The position numbers were made by a program, and so were the translations under genes. This document shows, in pieces, positions 45,117 through 56,200 of a stretch of DNA of 64,000 bases. The DNA lies in IMG/VR virus record IMGVR_UViG_3300028048_003124. One strand, 5' to 3'. The notes under the pieces are model-generated. The model saw nothing but the letters and a program-made list of their open reading frames with translations, had not been told where the DNA came from and did not search any database. Source of the stretch: a virus. Lineage: Duplodnaviria > Caudoviricetes. Position 1 is the first letter of the stretch; each line of letters opens with the position of its first letter.

Positions 45117-46034
45117 ATGTATTTTAGTAATTTATTACCCAGTGTACCTGAGGGTGAGATTGTTCGTGAGGACGGGTTGTCCTTACCGATTATCTTCAAC
45201 CCCGAGGATGCGGAGGACTTGGTAAACCACACTGTACGTCATATAGGCGACAGGATCGTGGTTACTGGTGAGACTTCGGAAGGTATCAACATCTTCTCTA
45301 CTGAAGGCAGAGAGATCGATATGGAGTCGAAGTTAACTCCGTTCCGCAAAGTACCTCATTTGACATGGTCGGAAGTTTCCGATACAGAGGAGAACCCGAT
45401 CGTGGTTGTTCTAACTAAGGGTGTTCGATTCTACAGCGATATTCCCACATATATCGAAGTGTTATACATTAACAACGATATGATGCTGATCTCTTTGGTG
45501 TACGGTGCGTGTGCTTTTGAGATGGCTGATGGAGATTACATACCGCTACAGCGTTGTAGTAGGGCAAATATAGATGCAGAAACGCACAGAGTATTTTCCA
45601 CTATGGATTGTAGAGAGCTTAAGGCTCACACGTTATGTGCCACCAAGGGTGGTTATGACAAGTCTTACAATCAGACATGCCCCCTGTTAATTACAGGAAG
45701 TGTTGATAAGGGGCTTGGCGTAAGGTGCCTGAGCAACAAAGGGTATGTATTCAATCCCGAAAGGGTTGAAAAAGTTGTTTCCGCTGAGAAGGCTGAGCTT
45801 GAGGCTAAGCGTACAGCAGTCGAGGCGAAACGGGCTGAGAATATCGAGAGGACCAAGGTGGCTCTTAGAGCTGCTGAGGAACGCAAGGCAGAGGAGTTGG
45901 CTCGTAAGGAGGCATCTAAAAAGTCAAAAGCGAGACGAACCCCTAAGGGTACTTCGGGTAGTGCGGAGAGGTCAGATCCCACGAAAAGAAATATGGGTGC
46001 AGCGAATTTCCTGTCGATACTCAGTCAAAAATAG
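45117..46034 (+). CDS. Hypothetical protein with C-terminal charged coiled coil
   Basis: 305 aa; SD AAAGGGG; structured 5' leader. Confidence 0.8.
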   Translation: MYFSNLLPSVPEGEIVREDGLSLPIIFNPEDAEDLVNHTVRHIGDRIVVTGETSEGINIFSTEGREIDMESKLTPFRKVPHLTWSEVSDTEENPIVVVLTKGVRFYSDIPTYIEVLYINNDMMLISLVYGACAFEMADGDYIPLQRCSRANIDAETHRVFSTMDCRELKAHTLCATKGGYDKSYNQTCPLLITGSVDKGLGVRCLSNKGYVFNPERVEKVVSAEKAELEAKRTAVEAKRAENIERTKVALRAAEERKAEELARKEASKKSKARRTPKGTSGSAERSDPTKRNMGAANFLSILSQK

Positions 46035-46089
46035 TAGGCAATACACAAAACACAAGGTTGTAATTAGTTTTAAGAAAGGTTGGTACTTT

Positions 46090-49000
46090 ATGAAAACTAA
46101 GTTGTTTAAGGTTGTAGCCGTGGTAATGGCGGTTATGGTTTTGGTAAGCACGATGGTCTTTACGGCTGGAGCCGCAGAGGTTATCGAAATGAGCACCGAG
46201 GGTGGCGTTCTCGCCATGGTTTTCGCTGATCGCAAAATTAAGACTCCCACAAGAGAGTATATGTATGGCGATGCTGACAGTGACTGGTGTGTAAGCATTA
46301 TGGATACAAGTCGCATCCAGAAGTTTCTCGTAGATGCTACAAAAACGATGGACACTGTAGCAGCTGATATTGACGACGATGGTGAGATCACTATCTGTGA
46401 TGCAACGGGTATTCAGAGATGGTTGGTAAACGAGAAGTTTTTCAACAATTATAAGATCGGTGACTATTTCGTATCTGATTTAGATGCCGATGGAAATGCT
46501 CTTGTTTCGGATTCCGAGTTCGTAGAGGGTGCTGAACCTGTTCACGTAGAGTCTGCGGAAGGCGATACGCTGCAGGGCGAGGGTGTAGATGTTACAGAAC
46601 CTACAGTTGCAGAGAGCCATCCTACTGTTGGGGATATCGTAGAGGATGCTGATGGTGTAGAGGTTACCTCTGACTCCGAGGCTGAACCTAAGCTTGAAAT
46701 CCTGACTATGGATGCTAAGAAGCCTTTAGCTTCTTACAATGGAACTTCGGTAACTGCTAACAATGTTAGTAACGACTCTATCCCTCGAATTACTGGTTTC
46801 GATAGCAAGGACGAGGGTGTCAAGATTTCTTATTCTAAGGTATCTGGCGTAAACCGTTATGCAGTATATTATAAGAATAGAAACGGTAACTGGGTACGCA
46901 TGGGTACTTCCACTAACGGGGTATTTATTGATACAGATGTTAGTAGCGGTAGTCGTTATCTCTACACTGTAAGAGGTCTGAGCGATGATGCTAAGAGTTT
47001 CAGAACTGACTTCTACAGAGACGGTTGGTATTACACTTATAATATGGAGTCCCCTGAGGTTACTGATATTAGCAGTGTAAAGGACGGAGTTAAGATCTAT
47101 TGGAAGGAAGTTCCTAACGCAGAGCGCTACAGAGTTTACTACAGAGGTAGTAAGGGTTGGACTTGCATGGGTTCAACTACAGGTACTAGCTTCGTTGATA
47201 CAGATGTAAGATACGGTAGCACCTACACTTATACTGTAAGATGCGTTAACTACAAAAACAATCGCTTCACAAGTAGTTTTAACGGAAGCGGTTGGAAGCA
47301 CACCTATTATCTCAACACTCCTGTTGGTTTTGATTACGATTGCTATAACGGCGGCATTAATCTTACTTGGTCTAAGGTAGACGGCGCAGCTAAGTACCGT
47401 GTATTCTACTACGGCAGAAATGGTTGGACCCGTATGGCTGATGTTACTGGCACATCTTATACTGACTGGGATGTTAGAGAGGGAGGCTCCTACACTTACG
47501 TTGTAAGATGTATCAGTGCTGATGGATCTCGCTACACCAGTGATTTTAAGTCTGGTGGTTGGAGGGCTACCCTGCTGAATACTCCGAGTGGAGTTTCCAT
47601 TAAGAGTACCGAGGACGGCAACGAGATTACTTGGAAGCCTGTTGACGGGGCTAATGCCTACAGGGTATTCTACAAAAATGGAGATTCTTGGAAGGGTATT
47701 ACGAATGTAACTGGTACTAAGTTCGTGGATACGGATGTAGAGTATGGTAAGTCTAAGACTTATACAGTAAGATGTGTAACCCCTAGCGGTATGTACTGGA
47801 GAAGTGGTTACAACACAAGCGGTTGGTCTAAGGTACACGATTATACTGCTCCCCTTACTCCTAAGCCTACAGATGTAGATCTTGCAGATATTGGTGAAAA
47901 TGAAACTGAGGCTCCGACAGTGGTAGCTACGGAGGCTCCGACAGTTGCTCCCACAGTTGCTCCTACAGTTGCGCCGACAGTTGCTCCGACTGAGGCACCT
48001 ACAGAGAAGCCGACAGAGGTAGTTGTAGATGCTCCTAAGAGTGTATCAGTAACTGAGGGTTCAAGTGGTAAAAAGGAGTATGCAGAGGTAGTTAAGTACG
48101 GTTACTGTACTAACCTTATGAATTCTGGAGCATGGATTAATGCAGGGGATACGCCAACTTCTTTCTGGAAGTCCCAGGTGGAGAACGACCAATGGGTAAG
48201 CACTCGTCTTGAGCAGCTCGGTAATGGCAAGGTAAGATTTTACTTTGATCCTGTTGCAAAGGACAAGGTTACAAGTATTATTACTGTAGTAAGATGGGGT
48301 GAAGGCGACAAAGATTTCTCCAGAGTAGATGCTACAGGTGATGCCCTCAAGTTAGGTTACTGTGACCACCAGCTTCCTGTTGTTTCTACCACAAACCCCT
48401 CTATCAAGGTATCTTGGGGCAAGTCCTCTAATGCTGATGGTTACGAAGTAAGAGCTCTTGATGTTAAGGGCAATGCAGTATCTTCCGTAGTTCGTACAGG
48501 CAGCACCTCTGCGACTGTTACCTTAAATACTGCTGATGCAGGCTCTTACAGTGTAGAGGTCAAGGCGGTAAAGGGTAACAAGTCGGCAACGGCAAAGGGT
48601 ACGTTCTCGCTCAACACGGAGTTTATCACCGAAACCGAGGGTTCGACTATCAAGGTTCCTGTTATCTTCCGCAATACCAGATTCGTATGCAACAAGTGTG
48701 GTCGTGAGGTAGGTGCCAAGGTAAAGGATCACATTAGTCCGATCGACAGTACAGAGCTTAGAGAGAAATATGCAGACAGCCTGTACACTTACAAGTACAA
48801 GCCGACCGCAGGTAGGGACAATGCTTGGGTAGCGGCTTGGGCAGGCACTCCTGATGTTACGCTGACTGCTGGATACTTTGATCTTGGAGACTATTATTAT
48901 CACCCCCTCTCTTCCAGTGATCCCGATTATACTATTAATTACGTTGCAGATGATAGTCTCGAGAGACCTGCATCTATGGCGACTAAGTTTAGTTTAGCAG

Positions 49001-49206
49001 AATTTGAGGAAAAAATCAATAATTGCGGTAACCAAACTTATATCAATCTTGGAACAGATTTTTGGTTAAATGATACAATGTCAACTTTCCACAGGGATAT
49101 TGAGGGCTGTTCCTCAGCCTATCATTCCGAGGACTGTATTTCAATCTCTGGCTTACAGGAAATCGTGATCCCTGCAACTGGCTACACGAAGGTATCAGTA
49201 GGCTAA
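46090..49206 (+). CDS. Secreted dockerin + fibronectin type III repeat surface protein with PT-rich linker
   Basis: Signal peptide MKTKLFKVVAVV...; duplicated Ca-binding dockerin GDADSDWCVSIMDTSRIQ / ADIDDDGEITICDATGIQ; four FN3-like repeats (GVKIxW..V.GA..YRVYY...W); APTV repeats. Confidence 0.85.
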   Translation: MKTKLFKVVAVVMAVMVLVSTMVFTAGAAEVIEMSTEGGVLAMVFADRKIKTPTREYMYGDADSDWCVSIMDTSRIQKFLVDATKTMDTVAADIDDDGEITICDATGIQRWLVNEKFFNNYKIGDYFVSDLDADGNALVSDSEFVEGAEPVHVESAEGDTLQGEGVDVTEPTVAESHPTVGDIVEDADGVEVTSDSEAEPKLEILTMDAKKPLASYNGTSVTANNVSNDSIPRITGFDSKDEGVKISYSKVSGVNRYAVYYKNRNGNWVRMGTSTNGVFIDTDVSSGSRYLYTVRGLSDDAKSFRTDFYRDGWYYTYNMESPEVTDISSVKDGVKIYWKEVPNAERYRVYYRGSKGWTCMGSTTGTSFVDTDVRYGSTYTYTVRCVNYKNNRFTSSFNGSGWKHTYYLNTPVGFDYDCYNGGINLTWSKVDGAAKYRVFYYGRNGWTRMADVTGTSYTDWDVREGGSYTYVVRCISADGSRYTSDFKSGGWRATLLNTPSGVSIKSTEDGNEITWKPVDGANAYRVFYKNGDSWKGITNVTGTKFVDTDVEYGKSKTYTVRCVTPSGMYWRSGYNTSGWSKVHDYTAPLTPKPTDVDLADIGENETEAPTVVATEAPTVAPTVAPTVAPTVAPTEAPTEKPTEVVVDAPKSVSVTEGSSGKKEYAEVVKYGYCTNLMNSGAWINAGDTPTSFWKSQVENDQWVSTRLEQLGNGKVRFYFDPVAKDKVTSIITVVRWGEGDKDFSRVDATGDALKLGYCDHQLPVVSTTNPSIKVSWGKSSNADGYEVRALDVKGNAVSSVVRTGSTSATVTLNTADAGSYSVEVKAVKGNKSATAKGTFSLNTEFITETEGSTIKVPVIFRNTRFVCNKCGREVGAKVKDHISPIDSTELREKYADSLYTYKYKPTAGRDNAWVAAWAGTPDVTLTAGYFDLGDYYYHPLSSSDPDYTINYVADDSLERPASMATKFSLAEFEEKINNCGNQTYINLGTDFWLNDTMSTFHRDIEGCSSAYHSEDCISISGLQEIVIPATGYTKVSVG
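47911..48020 (+). repeat. 12-bp coding tandem repeat (APTV/APTE linker)
   Basis: gctccgacagtt-type units. Confidence 0.8.
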
Positions 49207-49234
49207 CGGTAAAACTGTATAAAGCAAATATTCA

Positions 49235-49270
49235 GATGGGTAGTTCCGATATGGGGCTACCCATTTCTTT
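49235..49270 (+). terminator. Intrinsic terminator
   Basis: GATGGGTAGTTCC / GGGGCTACCCATT stem followed by TTTCTTT. Confidence 0.75.
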
Positions 49271-49696
49271 CGTTTAATTTCAGATTTATAAGAAAAGTAT
49301 TCACAGATAGGTTAGAAACTGTTACAGAGTATACGTCATACTTCGCCAAATTTTCGTTCTGCTGTATGATATTTTCAGACGTATTGCAGTATTAATTTTT
49401 GTTTAACGTGCAATAGGTGGTTAATATATGTTAATATAGTAGGTTTCTGCGTATATTCGTATATCTTCGTTATGTTATTTTATGTATGTTAAGTCAGAGC
49501 GGAGAACTACAATGTTGTTAAGTTATATAGATTTGTTAGTATGGCGTTAGTAAATATGGATAGAGTACTGATTATCTATAAGGATTGTAAATATATCTAT
49601 ATGTATATTTTTTAATAGGTTTTATGATTGCACTAATCGATATGCTAATCTTGCTATAAGATTGCGGAGTATAAATATTATTTATAGAAAGGTAGG

Positions 49697-51817
49697 ATGT
49701 TTATGTCAATTAAACAAACAAACCCTCACGAGGGTAATAAGAGGTCAGGTTTTGTAAGGTTAGTAGGTATCATACTAACTATCGCAATGCTGATAGGAAT
49801 AATCAGTTCTGTAGGAGTAATAACGGGTATTGCAGCTACGACTGAGACTTTTACCGATGAGAATGGTATCTCTTGGACTGTAACAGAGTGTTATCCAGGG
49901 TGGGCTATAAAACCGAAAAACAATTCTGGACTAAGTGGGTCTATAGATATTCCTACATCGTATAAAGGAAAAGTTATTTTAGTAATAGATTCTTCAGCTT
50001 TTTATAGCAATAAAAATATAACTTCAGTTAATATTCCCAACTCCATTGTGTCTGTTGGCTCATCTGCTTTCGAGCGTTGTTCGAATTTGCAAAGTGTTCA
50101 TTTGCCAGACAACCTGAATCATCTAGGTTCATGGTGTTTTTCAGAATGTTCACGTTTGTCAGATATTAATTTTAATGATTTTAAAGGAAATCGTATTAGC
50201 ACTGCAGTTTTTTATGGTTGTTCTTCTTTGGCAAGCATTGAGATTCCACCTTCCGTTGAAGAATTAAATTCTATATGTTTTCAACGAAGCGGAATTATAG
50301 AAATAGACATACCAGCAACTGTAAAGGTATTAGGTGGAGGGGCATTTCAAGAATGTTCAAAATTAGAAAGAGTGACTATGCATGAGGGTTTAGAGAGAGT
50401 TGAAAATGGACCTTTTACTGCGTGTCCTAAGTTGAAATCACTTGATTATCCATCTTCTGCGACTGTGGTATCTTACGCAACAGAGAGCCCTATGACAACA
50501 TGGGAGATAACAGAGAACGGAATAACATGGGTACTTTCTTTATATAATAATAAATTAGGGATTAAACCAAAAGATAAATCTCAAGTAAAAGGTGATGTAA
50601 TAATGCCTTGGATTTATCCAGCTGTTTATATAGACTATATAGAACCAAGTGCCTTTGAGGGGTGTTCAGAGTTGAGGTCTATTAGACTGCCGTCTTTTTG
50701 TAAACATATTGGAAGTAGGGCATTTGCTAACACATCTCTAGAAGAGGTGTATATACCAGATACTGTATCTCAAATAGATGATTCTGCTTTTTGTTGGAAT
50801 AGTAATTTAAAAAGTATTACTTTACCAAGCAGTTTAGAAAAAACGCCAGGTGGTATGTGTACAAATTGCAGTTCTTTAGAGACAATCGAGTTCAATGATA
50901 ATTTAAAAGAAATTGGATTTAATTCTTTTGCTTATTGTAGAAATCTTAATAATGTAGAGTTTCCATCAAGTCTAGTTAAGATAGGAGAAAATGCTTTCGA
51001 AAGCTGTTATTCATATAAGGATATTACGATACCTAATTCTGTAAAATGTGTCAATCAATATGCTTTTTCTAATATAGGAGAAATTAACAGTTTATCTGTA
51101 GATGTTGATAGTTTGTCTTATATAAATGGCTTTGCTTTTTACAAAGATACTATAGATAAGCTTGTCTTAGGCGATAATGTAAAAAATATAGACACCCCTC
51201 TTTTTTCTGGAAATAGTGATTTAGAGTATCTAACCTTAGGGAAAGATGTAGGCATTAATAATGATTTTGCATTTCTTGGTGATACAAAACTGACAATAAA
51301 GACTTATAAAGAAAATCTTAGTGTTAGAGGTTATACTGCAGATAATAGAATACCTGTTGTATTATTAAACAAGCATGTTGCAACTTTTTCAGGTGATAGT
51401 GCTGAGTCGGAGGTTATTTTAGACACAGACACCCCCAACTTAAGAGTAATTGTACCCTCGGTACTCCCCATATCCGTAGACTCTGATAACAATGTAACAG
51501 TTGCGGATAATGCTCAAATCAATAATATGTGTAGAGGTCAGATAGACATTACGTCAGCTGAGTTAAACACATCTACTTGGTCACTAGTTGATTTCAATAC
51601 AGATTTTAAAACTGTGCCCGTAGATACCAAGCAGTATGGTTTTAAACTGTACAACGACGACGCATCAGATGGTATTGATGCTAATATCTTTAGTACTATA
51701 AACGGTGGAGAGAGCTTACTGCTGTCGTATGATGGTAATGTTGCCATACAATCAGAGGCAAAAACAGCTGAAGAGATAGGCAACATTGTGTTTACCGTTG
51801 CTTGGCACAAAGGGTAA
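49697..51817 (+). CDS. Secreted BspA-type leucine-rich-repeat (LRR_5) protein with C-terminal WxL-like domain
   Basis: Signal/TM helix; xIxxxAFxxCxxLxxIxLP repeats; C-terminal ~140-aa domain shared with 62478 and 63125. Confidence 0.85.
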   Translation: MFMSIKQTNPHEGNKRSGFVRLVGIILTIAMLIGIISSVGVITGIAATTETFTDENGISWTVTECYPGWAIKPKNNSGLSGSIDIPTSYKGKVILVIDSSAFYSNKNITSVNIPNSIVSVGSSAFERCSNLQSVHLPDNLNHLGSWCFSECSRLSDINFNDFKGNRISTAVFYGCSSLASIEIPPSVEELNSICFQRSGIIEIDIPATVKVLGGGAFQECSKLERVTMHEGLERVENGPFTACPKLKSLDYPSSATVVSYATESPMTTWEITENGITWVLSLYNNKLGIKPKDKSQVKGDVIMPWIYPAVYIDYIEPSAFEGCSELRSIRLPSFCKHIGSRAFANTSLEEVYIPDTVSQIDDSAFCWNSNLKSITLPSSLEKTPGGMCTNCSSLETIEFNDNLKEIGFNSFAYCRNLNNVEFPSSLVKIGENAFESCYSYKDITIPNSVKCVNQYAFSNIGEINSLSVDVDSLSYINGFAFYKDTIDKLVLGDNVKNIDTPLFSGNSDLEYLTLGKDVGINNDFAFLGDTKLTIKTYKENLSVRGYTADNRIPVVLLNKHVATFSGDSAESEVILDTDTPNLRVIVPSVLPISVDSDNNVTVADNAQINNMCRGQIDITSAELNTSTWSLVDFNTDFKTVPVDTKQYGFKLYNDDASDGIDANIFSTINGGESLLLSYDGNVAIQSEAKTAEEIGNIVFTVAWHKG

Positions 51818-51947
51818 TATAATAAGGTATCTGTATATTTATAAAATAGGTTAGTTATCTTTTATATAAGTAGGTTGTTAACTACCCCTTAAATACTTCT
51901 CACAGTGGGTATTTAATTATAAATATCTTTATAAGGAGAAAGCTTTT

Positions 51948-52466
51948 ATGAAACGATTAGTAAGCATTTTATTAGCAATTGTTGTAATTGCAGGGTGTAT
52001 ATCTTTGGTAGCTTGCGGTAAGGCTAATAAAGATGTTGAAACGCAGGCTCCAACAGAGAAGGAGACTATTGCTTTAGAGCCCAGTACAGAGGTAGTAGTT
52101 TCCCAGACTGAAGCAAAGTCACTTGCTGGTAAGAAGTTCAAAGATGTAGAGGAGTATTTAGCTGATCCAACTGTTAAAGAGCAGCTTGATAAGACAGTTT
52201 CGTCCCTTTCATCTTCTAACATTGACGCAGAGGTTTATGCTGAAGACTCTGATACGTTGGTGTTTAAGTACACATATAAAAACTCATATACTGAAGAACA
52301 GTTAGCTAAGGTAAAAGATGCAGTATCTTCTTCAATGGGTACTTTAGACTCATTGATGAAGATGTCGAAAGACGAGTTAATCACATATACTGATGTCAAG
52401 GATCCTAAAGTCAAGGTTGAATTTTACACAAACGATGGTAAGCTTATCTTAGACCAGACTTGGTAA
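51948..52466 (+). CDS. Lipoprotein (DUF4854-like)
   Basis: Lipobox SLVAC; C-terminal VKVEFYTNDGKLI. Confidence 0.75.
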   Translation: MKRLVSILLAIVVIAGCISLVACGKANKDVETQAPTEKETIALEPSTEVVVSQTEAKSLAGKKFKDVEEYLADPTVKEQLDKTVSSLSSSNIDAEVYAEDSDTLVFKYTYKNSYTEEQLAKVKDAVSSSMGTLDSLMKMSKDELITYTDVKDPKVKVEFYTNDGKLILDQTW

Positions 52467-52674
52467 AATCCTTGGTAATAAGTTTATTTTACTGTGGTAT
52501 TACATATTACAAGTTTATGAATGAGTGTTGGTTTATTCTATAATTAAACGCTTTAAAATACTTGTAGATAGCTTTATCCAACAAACCAATTTTTCAATAA
52601 TTTTGATGAAATTTTTGTAGTTGGCTTGTAGATTAAGTTGTTGTAGTTGAAAAGCAAAAAAACGGGGTATCTGT

Positions 52675-52905
52675 ATGGGCAAGAGTACTAATAAGAAGAA
52701 CAAATCTCAAAAGGCTAAAAACAATTGGGTAGATATGACAAAATCTGGCTCTAGGAAGCCTACTTGTGGTAAGTCTTTGGAGGTGCGCTTATATAACGGG
52801 GTTATATTGCATGCTAAATACTGGAAAACAGTAGGGTATGTAATGACAAGTCCAGAAATAAGGCGCATATCTTGGTGGGATGTTTCTGCTTGGAGGTATT
52901 GTTAA
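52675..52905 (+). CDS. Small basic hypothetical protein
   Basis: 76 aa; SD GGGG. Confidence 0.55.
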   Translation: MGKSTNKKNKSQKAKNNWVDMTKSGSRKPTCGKSLEVRLYNGVILHAKYWKTVGYVMTSPEIRRISWWDVSAWRYC

Positions 52906-53034
52906 TAGGTGAAGAATTTTAAAAGAGTTATTAAAACCAGTAAGTATTTCAAAGGTTTAATTTGTAATATATTGGTTTCTATACTACTAACTACAATATT
53001 TGTATTATTGTTTATACTGATATCAAGGTAATAA

Positions 53035-53078
53035 AAGAGTGGTGTTTTAGTTGCAATAGTTAAAACACCATTCTTTTA
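53035..53078 (+). terminator. Intrinsic terminator
   Basis: AAGAGTGGTGTTTTAGTT / AGTTAAAACACCATTCTT stem followed by TT. Confidence 0.6.
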
Positions 53079-53287
53079 ATATGTGTATTTTTGTTAAATT
53101 TATACAATATATACTTAATTGTAATCTATTTTTGTGACTTGTATGCAAATATTTATGATTGATATAAATACTCGTAGGTTTAGCTCTTTACGGAGTTAAT
53201 CATTATAGGCTGTTAAGTGTGTTTGTGGTTTGGTGGAGTACTATTAAACATTCTTAACTACATTCTTTGTTAGAAAGGAAGTAGATT

Positions 53288-56200
53288 ATGACAAAGATTT
53301 TTAATCGGTCAGTAGCCATAGTCTTATCTCTGCTTGTGTTAATTAGTCTGTTTGCGGTAGCCATTCCCGTACTGGCAGGCTCTGTTAATGATCCTGTGGA
53401 TGATTGCATTGACTACTCTAGTTCTGGAAGAGTTTCTATTACTGCTAATCAGGATACTATATGGTTTGGTCAGCATGGTGATGGTTCTTGGATGTGGTTT
53501 CTTAACGGAAATCCAGGTGCTTGTATGTCGCCTGATAAAAAATCTCGTATAACAACTGGAACTTTTACAAAGTATTATCTAAAGAATGATTCAAATTTAG
53601 CAAAGGCTTTCTTCTATTTACTACCACCTCTTGATGCTGATGGCGATGAGATTGGATATGATGCCGCTAAGGCTAAGTCAACTTCTGGTTTTTATCTACC
53701 TGTGGAAGATAGACAGATAATGAACAACGCCCATTTCACTCATTATAACTTAGAGACTGCTAGTACATGGTGGGACGCTTATGAAGGTGGTGGCAGACCT
53801 TCTTATTGGAGAATTCTTGGTGCGGCTTCTGAGAGAATCGGTGGCGATGGTGAAGACTCTCACGAGTTGTATGCTCTTGCTCACTTCCTGCTTGGTAGAA
53901 TAGCATCTGGAGAGACTTTGGGAAAGACCTATACGGAGACAGATTATGTACTAGAGGACCTTATTGAGGTTGTTGATATGCTACCAGATGTGCCAGAGTA
54001 CGCAAAGGTATTCTACATTGATGGAAACCAGGGCACTGGCGAATCAGGGTGGTACCAGAGCTTTATGAGTGCTGAGCCGAGATATTATTTTACGGTACAG
54101 AAATCATCTGCAATACCAGAAGTATCAAAAGGCAATAAGGCGTACAGCACAAAGGGTATTCGTTATTCTGTATCAACAAGCAAATCAGATTTTGACCCTG
54201 ATGGTAACAATTACATTGGTTACATTGAGCTAGATAAGAATGGCTTTGGTCATTCAATTGAGGGTAGTAGACCTACTTTAAGTAAGAACTTATCACCTGG
54301 TACTTATTACTTAAAAGAGTCTGTAATACCAGAAGATTGTAATTATGAGATGAGCGATACTGTTTATACTGTGAAGCTAAACAGTAGTCATACTTATAAT
54401 CAACCGTTAGAGATTTCAGTTACTGATGAACCCAAGCTCTGTTATTTTGATATTCAGAAGGAATCTGCAAATCCTGAAATCTCAGATGCAGATAAAGATA
54501 AGTATTCAATGGAAGGTATTGAGTACTATGTTTCTAAATCAAACACAGACTTTGATCCAAACGGTACTAACTATATTGGTATGATCAAGCTAGATAAGAA
54601 TGGCTATGGTCATTCCAAAAAGGGTAGTCGTACTTTGAACGAGTTGGGCGCAGGAACATATTATGTACAAGAAGGTTATATCCCGCCGTCAAGAGCTCTA
54701 TATTGGGAGAGGAGCACAGAAGTATATACAATAACTGTAAATACCTCTAATACGGTAAACCAGCCGTTACATCTTAATGTAACTGAGGTACCAAAGGTAC
54801 GTTCCGCAAGCCTACAGATTATCAAGAAGTCTGACAACGAGACATTTACAACGGATAATGCTTGCTATTCGTTAAAGGGTGCTGAGTTTAAGGTTTACGA
54901 GGTCAAGACTGATGATTTTGGTAAAGAAATACCAAATTATGAAAAGCAGGTAGGAACAACTTATGTAACCAATGATAGTGGTTCGATAGAGATTCCTAGT
55001 GGTGTTCTTGAGGTAGGTAAAAAGTACGCTATTGAGGAGAAAAAAGCTCCTAAGGGTTTTGATTTGTACACGGATAAAAACGGTAATCATTATATTATCA
55101 GTGACACTCTTACGACAGAAGGTTGCACTGTAACTTTCGAAGAGCCATGCAAGGGAGACCCTGCTACTGTTAAGGTAATTAAGAAGGGTTCAAATAATAA
55201 AGAAATTCCAGGTGTTATCTTTACTGTAACCCACTTCTCTGATCCTACAATTACTACAAAAGAGCAGGCTGAAGCAGCTAAGAACACAATTACTCGTTCT
55301 TGGGATTTCGTAACCAAAGGTAACGGATCTTTTTCTTATTCAGAAGAATACTTATACGAAGGGTATACAAGTAAATACCCCGATTACATTCAGGGTAATG
55401 ATTCAGAGCATGGTTTGTACTATATGACACAAATCGTTGACGGGGTAGAGAAAACGTCAACAGCCTTTCCTCTCGGTACAGTAATGATTCAGGAAAAGTG
55501 GGCACCTGAACGTTATGATCTTGACTTTGAACCTAAGTTCATTAACATCACTGAAGATTATGTTGAAGGTGAACCAGTACCATTTGAGGTAACTGTTGTA
55601 GACCCAGAAAACAAAAAGACCGTTGTTGAAGCCAGAAAGATTTGGAGCGACGACGGTGATCGTGAGGGTGTAAGACCGAATAAACTTACTGTTACTCTGT
55701 ATAGAGATGGTGAGATTTATGAGGATGTCCCAGGTGGCGCAGTCCAGGAGTTGAACGATGGAAACAATTGGACGTACTCTTGGGGAGAACTTTACGAAGA
55801 AGAAAATATCTACGATGAGAATAAGGTATATCTCCGCAAGGAGACTCACAAATACGAAGTAGTTGAGGAAGAGGTAGAAGGCTACTATCTAACTAGAACT
55901 GCGAAGCGCCAGATAGAAGGCGGTCATAGGTGGGTATTCTACAACAAGCACGATATTGCCTACAAGCCTTTAGTAATAAACAAGGTTTGGGATAACAACA
56001 ATGATGCTTCTGGCTTACAGCCTGATGAGGTAAAGGTCAAGGTATTCCGTATTAGCGATTCTGGTGAAGAGCTTTTAACTAAGGATGATAAGCATAATGC
56101 AGTTGGCGACAACGGTATTATCACTCTATCCAAGAATACTGAAACACCTTATCAGTTTGTCATCAAAGATCTTTACAAGTACTACGGTGGCGGTAAGGAG

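Noticed and set aside
45745-46089. N-terminal extension of the dockerin ORF given in the track
   Set aside because: It overlaps gene 45117-46034 in another frame. The SD (GAAAGGT) and signal peptide indicate ATG 46090.
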